Shown in pieces: positions 6,971-17,300 of a stretch of 32,000 nt of DNA. This DNA is from Microcystis aeruginosa NIES-843 (GTDB taxonomy: Bacteria; Cyanobacteriota; Cyanobacteriia; Cyanobacteriales; Microcystaceae). Every line of letters begins with the position of its first letter. The first letter of the stretch is position 1. Location of the stretch: contig NC_010296.1 of NCBI RefSeq assembly GCF_000010625.1, forward strand, positions 5,520,001 through 5,552,000, read 5' to 3'. The notes under the pieces are model-generated. The model had not been told where the DNA came from, searched no databases, and was given only the letters and a program-made list of their open reading frames with translations. Made by a program: the position numbers and the translations under genes.

Positions 6971-9900
6971 TCAAATCTCAAGGCAAACTTTTAACTCTTC
7001 GGCTAAAATCTGGACATGGGGTTCCACCATAATCGAGACATGATTTCCTAGGACGAAATGAATCTCAACTGGCTCTGTAGAAAATTCACTCCAGCCTAAA
7101 GAGGAATCCTCGCAATCTCCAGCTATTAAATCTTTATTTGGATCATCAGCTAATTCCTCCCTGGCCCGTATAATCGTAATTTTACCAGGATAAATCTGTT
7201 TAGGGAGATAATCAATCAGACATAGACAGCTAGTTTTATAGGCTTGGACAATTTTTTCAAGCTGCCTAGTTTCCGCATTGGGAGGAAGCATATTAGCCAG
7301 TTTAAAAAAGTTTAAGGCGTATTTTAATTGTTCCTCCACTGTTAAGAGTTGAAGAGTTTCATAGGAAATATCGATGGTTTTATCTAAATAAACTTCGATA
7401 CCTTTGCTGACTTCAGCTAACCATCGCGCATGATCCCAATTAATATAATCAAGCAAAATTTGTTTGTCTTTATAAGTGGGTGCTGAAGAATCAATGATTG
7501 CTAGTAATGCCACTTGTTGACCCTGATTAACCAACTGTTGAGCCATTTCAAAAGCCACATTACCACCGTAGGAATGTCCTCCCAAAAAGTAGGGGCCTTG
7601 GGGTTGTAAATCTTGCATTGCTTGAAGATAAATACTGGCTATATCCTCAATGCGAGTGATTTCTCCAAACTGTTGATAGAGATCATTTTCAAAACTGTAG
7701 AAAGGTTGATCTTTTCCTAAACAACGTCCTAAATGGTAAAAATAAAATGGTCGTCCCCCGGCGCCTGGAACACAGAAGAAAGGAGGCTTTGAACCCTGGG
7801 GTTGAATGGGAACCAAACAAGACTGGTTAGAGGAATCTGCATCGGTTTGGATAATGGTCGCTAACTGTTCAATAGTTGGGTTTTGAAATATTGTAGTTAC
7901 GGCAATTTCTTTGCCTAACTGTTCTTTAATTTGGGTGATTAAATAAGGAGCTAAAAGGGAATGACCACCGAGGTCAAAAAAGTTATCATGCACGCTAATT
8001 TTGTCAATCTTTAGCACTTTTGACCAGATTTGCACGAGGTTTAATTCTAACTGATTACGCGCTTCAATAAATCTGTCTGAATCACTGGTGTTACTGGGAG
8101 CTTTTAACGCACGGCGATCAATTTTTCCGTTAGCTGTTAAAGGGAAAAACTCCAGCAGCACAAAAGCACCAGGAACCATATAACCGGGCAATTTATGGCT
8201 AAGAAATTGACGCAAATCGCCACTTGTTAGCTTTACTCCTAGCTTAGGTACAATATAGGCAACTAACTGTTTTTCCCCTGGATTGTCTTCACGAACAATC
8301 ACACAGGAAGACTGTACCGCCTGATTTTGACTAAGTACAGCCTCAATTTCTCCCAATTCAATACGGAAGCCGCGAATTTTTACTTGATTGTCAATCCGTC
8401 CTACATATTCAATATTACCATCGGGTAAATAACGGGCCAAGTCTCCCGTTTTATATAATTTTGACGGCTCATTGCCCCCCTTATTAAGGGGGGTTGGGGG
8501 GATCACTTCATCCTTCTCAAAAGGATTAGGAATAAATTTTTCTTGGGTTAATTCGGGACGGTTAAGATAACCTTTGGCTAATCCCATACCACCAATATGT
8601 AATTCTCCTACTACACCAATCGGGACAGGTTGGAGATTTTTATCCAGCAAATAGATTTGGGTATTGGCAATCGCTTTACCAATGGGAATAGTTGTGGCTG
8701 TAGAAGCTATGTTTTCCACTAAATACCAGGAAGAAAACGTTGTATTTTCCGTTGGCCCATAGACATGAAGCAACCGTTGTGGCGCACCTTTTTCTAGTAC
8801 CTCTTGTACCCATTTTGGTTCAACTGCTTCACCCCCAAATAGTAAGCATCGTAAGCTACTAAAAGCTTGCGGAACTAAATTGGCTAACTGATTAAAAAGT
8901 GCTGTGGTTAAAAATAAGACACTAATCTGATTTTCCTTTAAGCTTAGTGCCAATTCTTGGGGTGAGAGCAAAACTGATTTAGCGATAATAACAATCTTAG
9001 CACCGTTAAGTAAAGCCCCCCAAATTTCAAAAGTAGCGGCATCAAAAGCAATATTAGACGCTTGCACAACCCGGTCATCAGGAGTAAACTGGATGTAATT
9101 AGTATTTAATACCAGTCGATTAACTGCTTGATGAGTGACGATAACACCCTTGGGTATTCCTGTAGAACCAGAAGTATAAATAACGTAGGCTAAATTATCC
9201 GCAGAAACTGTGCTGTTCAGATTCTCCAGACTTGCTTGATTAATTTGTTGCCAATCTTTATCTAGACAGATAACAATAGCCTGATGATTTGGCAAGGAAT
9301 TCTGTAAAGATTCGCAGGTTAATATTATTTTAACCTGGGTATCTTGGAGCATAAAGCTAATGCGTTCTTGGGGATAATCTGGGTCAATAGGAACATAAGC
9401 TCCACCGACTTTAAGAATAGCCAATAATCCCACAATCATGTCTAAGGAACGCTCTAGACAAATCCCCACTAATTCATCTGGTTTTACTCCTAATTTTTGC
9501 AGGTAATGAGCTAATTGATTGGCTCGACAATTTAATTCATTGTAGGTTAATTGTTGCTCTGAACATACCACTGCTACCGCGTCGGGTGTGCGTTTTACCT
9601 GTTCTTCAAATAATTGATGAATACATTGATCAGAGGGATAATCTGTGTGAGTTTCGTTCCACAATGATAACAATTGATAACGTTCTTCATCACTTAACAT
9701 CGATAACTGAAAAATTCCCATATTGGGATTAGCTGCAATCGCAGTTAAGAGATTCTGAAAATGTTGCCACATTTGGTTAATAGTGGGGGCAGCAAACAAA
9801 TCCGTACTATAACACCAAACCGCTTCTAAACGATCAGAAACTTCCCAAAAATTTACCTCTAAATCAAATCGCGCTTTAAGCTCAACAGATAAAGGCAAAC

Positions 9901-11227
9901 TCTCCATCTTTAAGCCAGATAAACTGGCCTCAGATTGGGGAGTATTTTGCAGAGAAAACATCACCTGTATCAAAGGATTGTGACTTAAATCTCGGTTTAA
10001 TTGTAATTTTTCTACTAACATTTCAAAAGGCAAATCTTGATGAGCATAAGCTGATAAAGTTGTTTGCTTTACTCGTTGTAATAACTCCAGAAAACTCGGA
10101 TTTCCCGACATATCACCCCTTAAAGCCAAAGTATTGGCAAAAAAGCCCATTAATTTCTCAATTGCCGAACTATTACGATTAGCTATCGGAGAACCCACCA
10201 AAACATCTAATTGACCACTATAACGAGAAATTAGGACAAAAAAAGCCGCCAGTAAAGTCATAAATAGCGTTGCTCCTGACTCCTGACTTAACCTTTTGAG
10301 GCGTTGCGTTAAGTCTTGATTCAGTCGAAAAACCTGCCCATCACCCCGGAAACTAGGAATTGGAGGACGGGGATAATCCGTTGGCAATTCTAAAATAGTA
10401 GGTGCATCTTGTAACTGTTTTTGCCAGTAATTAAGTTGACGCTCCAAAACTTCACCGGTGAGCCATTGACGTTGCCATACGGCAAAATCGGCGTATTGAA
10501 TCGATAATTTAGCGAGAGGGGAAGGCAAACCCTGGACAAAGGCCGCATAAAGTTGAGATAATTCACCAAAGAAGATGCTCAAAGACCAACCATCGTAAAT
10601 AATATGGTGCATCTTCAACAGCAATACATACTCTTGGGAACTGAGTTTAAGTAACTTAAATTGGACTAATGATTCCTTGGCTAGATTAAAGGGTTTTAAG
10701 GAGAAAGCAATCGCTATTTCTTGCAGATGTTCTGTTTGTTCATTCTTTGATAAATTTTGTAAATCTTCCAGGGGTAAACTGACGGGTGAAGGGGGAGCAA
10801 TGCGCTGAATTGGTTGCCCTTCTACCATGGTAAAAGTGGTTCTTAAAATTTCGTGACGGCGAATCAGTTCGCTGAGACTTTGTTCTAAAGCCAACAGATT
10901 GAGGTTTCCTTCTAACCGCAAAGCGTCCAACAGATTATAGGAATGACTATCGGGAGAAAGTTGCTGCAGAAACCAGAGTCGTTGTTGAGCAAAAGAGAGG
11001 GGTAAATCCTGATCCCGTGACACGGGAATAATCTCTAAATCAACAGTATTAGTTGGGATTTTTGCCGCTCTCAAAAAGTCCAAAATTTCAGGTTTTTTGG
11101 CGGCGATTTCTTCTTTAATTTCTGGGGTCATAACCCCTTTGGGAGCCTGAAAACGAAGTTTTTCGCCTTCCAGCCATAGTTTAATCTCTAAACCCTTCAA
11201 ATACGCTAAAAAATCTCCTACTTTCAC
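6971..11227 (-). CDS. NRPS termination module (module 7): docking-C-A-T-TE, Ile/Val-like
   Basis: 1418 aa. The GTG start is preceded by GGGAGG. C domain: LSFAQQRLWFL, MHHIIYDGWS. A domain: LAYVIYTSGSTGIPKG, GELHIGGMGLAKGYL, YKTGDLARY, GRIDNQVKIRGFRIELGEIE, NGKIDRRAL. T domain: FFDLGGHSLL. TE domain: GGHSYGG. Hand-derived specificity signature is DAFFLGVTFK (Ile/Val type). Confidence 0.95.
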   Translation of the reverse strand: MKVGDFLAYLKGLEIKLWLEGEKLRFQAPKGVMTPEIKEEIAAKKPEILDFLRAAKIPTNTVDLEIIPVSRDQDLPLSFAQQRLWFLQQLSPDSHSYNLLDALRLEGNLNLLALEQSLSELIRRHEILRTTFTMVEGQPIQRIAPPSPVSLPLEDLQNLSKNEQTEHLQEIAIAFSLKPFNLAKESLVQFKLLKLSSQEYVLLLKMHHIIYDGWSLSIFFGELSQLYAAFVQGLPSPLAKLSIQYADFAVWQRQWLTGEVLERQLNYWQKQLQDAPTILELPTDYPRPPIPSFRGDGQVFRLNQDLTQRLKRLSQESGATLFMTLLAAFFVLISRYSGQLDVLVGSPIANRNSSAIEKLMGFFANTLALRGDMSGNPSFLELLQRVKQTTLSAYAHQDLPFEMLVEKLQLNRDLSHNPLIQVMFSLQNTPQSEASLSGLKMESLPLSVELKARFDLEVNFWEVSDRLEAVWCYSTDLFAAPTINQMWQHFQNLLTAIAANPNMGIFQLSMLSDEERYQLLSLWNETHTDYPSDQCIHQLFEEQVKRTPDAVAVVCSEQQLTYNELNCRANQLAHYLQKLGVKPDELVGICLERSLDMIVGLLAILKVGGAYVPIDPDYPQERISFMLQDTQVKIILTCESLQNSLPNHQAIVICLDKDWQQINQASLENLNSTVSADNLAYVIYTSGSTGIPKGVIVTHQAVNRLVLNTNYIQFTPDDRVVQASNIAFDAATFEIWGALLNGAKIVIIAKSVLLSPQELALSLKENQISVLFLTTALFNQLANLVPQAFSSLRCLLFGGEAVEPKWVQEVLEKGAPQRLLHVYGPTENTTFSSWYLVENIASTATTIPIGKAIANTQIYLLDKNLQPVPIGVVGELHIGGMGLAKGYLNRPELTQEKFIPNPFEKDEVIPPTPLNKGGNEPSKLYKTGDLARYLPDGNIEYVGRIDNQVKIRGFRIELGEIEAVLSQNQAVQSSCVIVREDNPGEKQLVAYIVPKLGVKLTSGDLRQFLSHKLPGYMVPGAFVLLEFFPLTANGKIDRRALKAPSNTSDSDRFIEARNQLELNLVQIWSKVLKIDKISVHDNFFDLGGHSLLAPYLITQIKEQLGKEIAVTTIFQNPTIEQLATIIQTDADSSNQSCLVPIQPQGSKPPFFCVPGAGGRPFYFYHLGRCLGKDQPFYSFENDLYQQFGEITRIEDIASIYLQAMQDLQPQGPYFLGGHSYGGNVAFEMAQQLVNQGQQVALLAIIDSSAPTYKDKQILLDYINWDHARWLAEVSKGIEVYLDKTIDISYETLQLLTVEEQLKYALNFFKLANMLPPNAETRQLEKIVQAYKTSCLCLIDYLPKQIYPGKITIIRAREELADDPNKDLIAGDCEDSSLGWSEFSTEPVEIHFVLGNHVSIMVEPHVQILAEELKVCLEI
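6974..7816 (-). other. Thioesterase (TE) domain of the termination module
   Basis: The last 281 aa begin LVPIQPQGSKPPFFCVPGAGG. The GxSxG nucleophile motif is GGHSYGG, with the Ser codon at 7573..7571. The fold pattern looks alpha/beta-hydrolase-like. Confidence 0.85.
8443..8523 (-). repeat. 81-nt in-frame palindrome-bearing block, copy in module 7 (encodes ...FEKDEVIPPTPLNKGGNEPSKLYKTGD)
   Basis: ctcccgttttatataattttgacggctcattgCCCCCCttattaaGGGGGGttggggggatcacttcatccttctcaaaag. The palindrome is at 8475..8493. Confidence 0.9.
11063..11227 (-). other. TubC-type N-terminal NRPS docking domain
   Basis: MKVGDFLAYLKGLEIKLWLEGEKLRFQAPKGVMTPEIKEEIAAKKPEILDFL matches the remembered TubC_N pattern (hLWxEGxxLRxxAPKGxhTPEh...K.ehL). 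The upstream protein ends in an acidic tail, ESLEDYEDGEL. Confidence 0.7.
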
Positions 11228-11393
11228 TTACCAATTGCCTCCCAAAGTTGTTGTTAAATTAGCTCTAAATCACGAAGTTTGCCCTGAGGATGTAAAAGTA
11301 CATCAGATTGCCATTGACTAGGATCAATATTTGTCCTTTGCCGTTTTAACTGTCTTGCTAAACTATTGATATCAGCTAAAACTTTAACTGTTT

Positions 11394-14300
11394 TTATAAT
11401 TCACCATCCTCATAATCTTCCAAGCTTTCAGTCATAGCTGTTTGTCCCGGTGCAACGGTAAGAACTTCAATGATTTGGGCTAAATTAGCGATAGTTGGGT
11501 ATTCCAGCAGATTTTGTAAAGACAATTCCACCGAGAAAAGATCGCGGGAACGGGAAATAACCTGAGTCGCTAACAAAGAATGTCCTCCCAATTCAAAGAA
11601 ATTATCCTTAATTCCAATACGTTCGACCCCCAAAACTTCACTCCAAATTTGAGACATTTGAGTTTCAATCGGGGTACGAGGTGCGAGAAATCCCGTAGCT
11701 AAATTGCGTGTAGCTGTATCGGGTGTAGGCAAAGCCTGCCGATCTACTTTACCATTAGGAGTCAAAGGTAGGGTATTAAGCAAAACAAAAGCCTGGGGAA
11801 CCATATAACTAGGTAGCTTTTGTTGGACAAATTCCCGCACCTGTGGTATCAGCTTCTGGACTAATTTACCATATAAAGGATTATTCGTATAATCAGTCCA
11901 GGATTTGGGAATAATCGTCTCATCATCCCAAAAATTGGGGTATGGTTGTTGATCAACTTTACTTATTATCGGTTCTAAGATGGCATTCTGGCGACAGAAA
12001 ACCACATCGAAAGAACCATCTTGACTACCTTCCCACCAACTGAGATGAACAGTGTAACCTAACTGTTCTCCCAGTTGCCACATTTGCTCAGGATTAATCC
12101 CTATACCGCTATTTTTTGCTAACAATTGCCGCAATTCTCCCACCGTTGTTACCCCGGGAGAATTTTCTAAACAGTCTAAAATTTGTAGTGCCTTTTGTAA
12201 TCGTTGATTGGGTACATCTCTGATGCCTAAATATTCTGGTTGTTCCAGTTTTAGTTTATCTTGTAGTTGCCCTAAAGAAAACCGATCCCGCTGCCAATTT
12301 AGCCAAGGAATTGTCGTTTTTTGCCCATTAGTATCCAGATGTAAAGTAACATCATAGCGGAATTGGGTTAACTCATTGTCAGCCTGACCCCGTTTCGGGG
12401 CAATTTCTACCCAAGAAATTCGCGGAAAGCGTTGTTTAAGCGCAATAAAGAACTGAGGTGCAATTAACAATTCTTCTTCGGTAGCTACACTTTGATTCAC
12501 CTGTTTTTGCCATTCTTCAAGGGTTTTATTAGCTTCAGCACGAGCTAACTGTACCGCGGCATGGTAAGGCTCTAGTAAGGACAAACTACGGATATCACCT
12601 AGGAAAATCTTACCCTGATCCGCAATCGCCTTGACTGCTCCTGCGATAACTTGTAATAGATAATCGACACTAGGGAAATACTGAACCACAGAGTTAATTA
12701 CTACTCGATCAAAAGTAGCTTGGGGAATGCCGGTAAAATCATCGGCTGTTCGGTGTAATAATCTTACTTTGCCCTCTAAACCCTCAATTGTGCTACATAA
12801 ATGTTCGAGGTTATTAATAGTAGCAGCGGAATAATCGGCTCCCCAATATTCCTGACAATGTTTCGCCACACGGAATAGCAATAATCCACTTCCGCAACCA
12901 ATTTCTAACACTCGTTGCGGTGGTTGATTTCCTAAAATTCGGCTCACTGTCTGATCAACCCATTCCTGCATTTCTGCTGCGGGAATAGCTTGTCGCGTAT
13001 AACTACTATTCCAACCACTAATATTAAAAGTGGGGTCATCGGTTTGAGGTTGGGGTTTACTGTAGGATTCTTCGTAAATCTTTTGCCAATCACTAACATA
13101 TTCACTCTGCCATTGAGCAAGCTGTTCGGGCAATACTTGACCCTTGAGAGCCGGAACTAAGTAGGCTACCAAATTAGTATTAAGCTGATCATGATCATGA
13201 TCACTTGCCTGATCAGCGCGAGCCATCACAACCGCTTCTTGTACTAGGGGATGTTGGCTCAAAACTGCTTCAATTTCCCCTAATTCAAGGCGGAAACCCC
13301 TTACTTTAACCTGATTGTCAATTCGTCCCAGATATTCAATTTTTCCATCAGGTAAATAACGAGCTAAATCTCCCGTTTTGTATAATTTTGACGGCTGCTC
13401 TCCCCCCTTATCAAGGGGGGTTAGGGGGGGATCAAGGGAGACAAACGGGTTAGAGATAAATTTCTCTGCTGTCAATTCTGGGCGATTCAAATAACCTCTG
13501 GCTACCCCTGCTCCTCCGATATGTAATTCCCCGGGTACACCGATAGGAACCGGTTGTAAATGGGAGTCTAAAATATAAACCTGCACATGAGGAATTGGCC
13601 GACCAATAGTTATTTTTGTGTCAAAAGGCGTACATTTAGCTACCGTTGCACAAACACTTCCTTCGGTGGGTCCATAACCATTAAAGAAATTTCGTCCCTG
13701 GGACCATTTTTTCACCAATTCAGGAGAACAAGCTTCCCCGGCGACAATAATAGTTTGCAGAGAGGAAAGATTTTCCCAAGACAGAACCGCTAAAGCTGAT
13801 GGCGGTAGAGTAATATGAGTAATCTTATTCTCCCGTAATTGCTTGATTAAGGGTAAACCGGGCATTAAATTTTCTTTACTTGCCAAATAAAGTGTCGCTC
13901 CCGCTCCCAAAGCCATTAAAACTTCTGAAATACAGGCATCAAAACTAAAAGAAGCAAATTGAAGCACTCGACTCTGAGAAGACACAGCAAAAGTCTGAAT
14001 TTGCGCCAGAGCTAAGTTACATAACCCTTGATGTTCAACCATCACCCCTTTAGGTTTACCCGTAGAACCAGAAGTATAAATCACATTAGCTAAATTAGAA
14101 GCTGTTACCTTCCCCGTCAAATTATCCCAGTTCATTGGTTTAATTTCTTGCCAAATTTCAGCTAAAAAGATGGTTTGGCCTCGATGATTTGGGAGTTTAT
14201 CAATCAGTGAACTTTGGGTTAGTAATAAGGGTACTTGACTATCCTCTAACATCAATTGTAGGCGTTCTTGAGGATATTCCGGGTCAAGGGGTAGATAGGC

Positions 14301-17300
14301 AGCACCGGCTTTAAGGATGCCTATTAATGCCACAATCATGTCTAAAGAGCGCTCTACACACAAACCGACTATTACCTCGGTTTCTAAGCCTAAAGAGCGT
14401 AAATAGTGAGCTAGTTGATTGGCCTGACTATTTAATTCTGCATAGGTCAACTGTTGATTTTCAAAGACTACTGCTACTGCATCAGGGGTACGCGCTGCTT
14501 GTTCCTCAATTAATTGATGAATACACTTGTTATAGGAGTAATCAGCTTTTGTCTCATTCCAACCCTCTAATAGTTGATACTCTTCCTCTGGGTTTAATAA
14601 GGGTAGTGAAGCTACTGATTGACGGGGATTTTCCACAATTGCCGCCAACAAAGTCTTAAAATGAGTCATCATACGGACAATGGTTTCAGCATCAAATAAA
14701 TCCCTGTTATAAGAGCAAAAACCGCCCAATCCTTCGGCTGCATCCCAGAGGTAAACTTCTAAGTCAACCCTAACTGAATCAAGTCCCGATGGTATCTCCT
14801 CAATGTTTACTCCGGGTAAATCCCAGGGAGAACTAGGAGCATTCTGAAGGGCAAAAACTATCTGTGTTAAAGGATTACGATCTAAATGACGCTCAATTTG
14901 TAATTTTTCGACTAACATCTCGAAGGGTAAATCTTGATGGTCGTAAGCGTCTTGAGTAGTTTGTCTGACCTGCGCAAGAAAATCCTCAAAGGTCGGGTCT
15001 TGAGATAAATCAAATCTTAACACTAAACTATTGACAAAAAAGCCGATTAACCCTTCAATTTCGGTGCGGTTACGGTTAGCAATTGGTGAACCAATTACCA
15101 CATCTGTTTGTTGACTATAACGAGATAGTAACACAGCAAAACCCGCTAGTAATGTCATAAAGAGAGTGCTACCGGACTCTTGACTAAGTTTTTTCAGTTG
15201 TTGCGTTAGTTGACTATCTAGTTGCAGTCGCTCCGTCCCTCCGCGAAAACTTTGGATTGCTGGCCGGGGACGGTCTGTGGGAAGTTGGTGTAGTAGGGGA
15301 ACCCCGGTTAATTGTTGCTTCCAGTAGCTTAATTGACGGTCTAATACTTCATTAGTTAACCACTGACGCTGCCACAGGGCAAAGTCAGCATACTGTATCG
15401 ATAAAGTAGGTAAATCTGCTTTTGTCCCGGTGCAGAAACTTCGATAATAGACTGATAATTCGTCGATTAAAACACCTAATGACCAACCATCTGCCGCAAT
15501 ATGGTGAATGGCTAATAATAGTACATATTCCTCTGTCTTGACTTGCCATAATTTGACTCGTAATACTGAACCTGATTCGAGATCAAAGGGTTCGGATGCT
15601 GCTGCTAATAACAGGTTTTTTACCTGTTGCTCAGAATGACTGAGGTTTTGCAGATTGACAACTGGTAAGGTGAAAGTTACATTAGGATCGATCGCTTGTA
15701 TTGGTTGGTTATCTTTGAGTTTAAATTGAGTCCGTAGGGGTTCATGGCGTTGAATAATTGCCTGGAAAGCTTTTTCTAAGGCTTTAACATTGAGATTTCC
15801 CTGCAAACGCATCGTTAAATCAATAGTATAAGCCCCACTTTCTCCTTCTAATTGATTCACAAACCAGAGACGTTCCTGGGCCCAGGATAGGGGAATATCA
15901 TCCTCCCGATTAACGGGGACAATTGATGGTAGCTTTAACCCTAAACCTGTTTGCAGTTCTTTTAAAATTACCGCACTTAACTGAGCAATGGTTGGAGATT
16001 CAAACAGATAACGCAAGGGAACAACAATCTCAAAGGTTTCCTGTAATCGAGAAATAACTTGAGTTGCCAACAGAGAATGTCCACCTAATTCAAAGAAATT
16101 ATCCTCAATACTGACTCGTTTTAATTTCAGTACGTCACCCCAAATCTGCGCCATTTTTTCTTCAATGGGGTTACGGGGAGCTATATATTCACCTTGGCTC
16201 TGTAAATCGGGAACGGGTAAAGCGCGGCGGTCTATTTTGCCATTGGGAGTTAAGGGGAAAGCATCAAGACGAATAAACGCAGTAGGAACCATATAGTCGG
16301 GTAATTTTGCTCGCAAAAATTGCCGTATTTCGTTAATTGTCAGGTTGATTTCGGGTTGCGGTACAACGTAAGCAACTAAGCGTTTATCCCCTAGATTATC
16401 TTCACGAACAATCACACAAGAAGACTGTACCGCCTCATTTTGGTTGAGTAACGATTCAATTTCTCCTAATTCAATACGGAAGCCGCGAAGTTTTACTTGA
16501 TTGTCAATGCGTCCTAAATATTCGATTTTACCATCGGGTAAATAACGGGCTAAGTCTCCCGTTTTATATAATTTTGACGGCTCATTGCCCCCCTTATTAA
16601 GGGGGGTTGGGGGGATCACTTCATCCTTCTCAAAAGGATTAGGAATAAATTTTTCTTGGGTTAATTCGGGACGATTGAGATAACCCCGCGCTAATCCCAT
16701 ACCACCAATATGTAATTCTCCCGGAACACCAATCGGGACAGGTTGTAAATGGGAGTCTAAGATATAAATTTGGGTGTTAGCAATGGGGCGACCAATAGTT
16801 ACTTTCAGGGTTTCATCTGTCCATTTTTCTACCGTGGCACAAACGCTGGTTTCTGTCGGTCCATAAGCATTAAAGAAATTTCTCCCTCTAGCCCATTGTT
16901 TGATCAATTCTTCTGAACAAGCTTCTCCCCCTACAATAATAGTTTGTAACTCTGGGATTTCTTCTAGGGGCAAAGCCGCTAAGGCTGAGGGGGGTAAAGT
17001 AACATGAGTAATACCATAATCTTTTAATCGCCCCATTAATGGCAACCCAGGCATTAAAGCGTCTTTTGTGTCTAAATAAAGGGTTGCACCCGATCCTATG
17101 GCCATGATAATTTCCCAGATAGAAGCATCAAAATTGAGGGAAGCAAACTGGAGAAGGCGAGAGTTTGACTGTAAGTTAAAGGTTTTAATTTGCGCTGTAG
17201 CTAGGTTAAATAGTCCCCGATGTTCCACCATTACCCCTTTAGGTTTTCCGGTAGAACCAGAGGTATAAATGAGATTAGCTAAATTATTGGCTGTTACTAC

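Larger units (their letters stand above)
11397..15899 (-). other. Module 6 (C-A(N-MT)-T), signature DASTIAGVCK (Tyr-like), giving N-methyl-Tyr
   Basis: Read from SFDACISEV / ITHITLPP / IIVAGE / NGYGPTEGSVC. The methyltransferase is inserted between A8 and A9. The module contains a diverged copy of the palindromic block. Confidence 0.6.
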
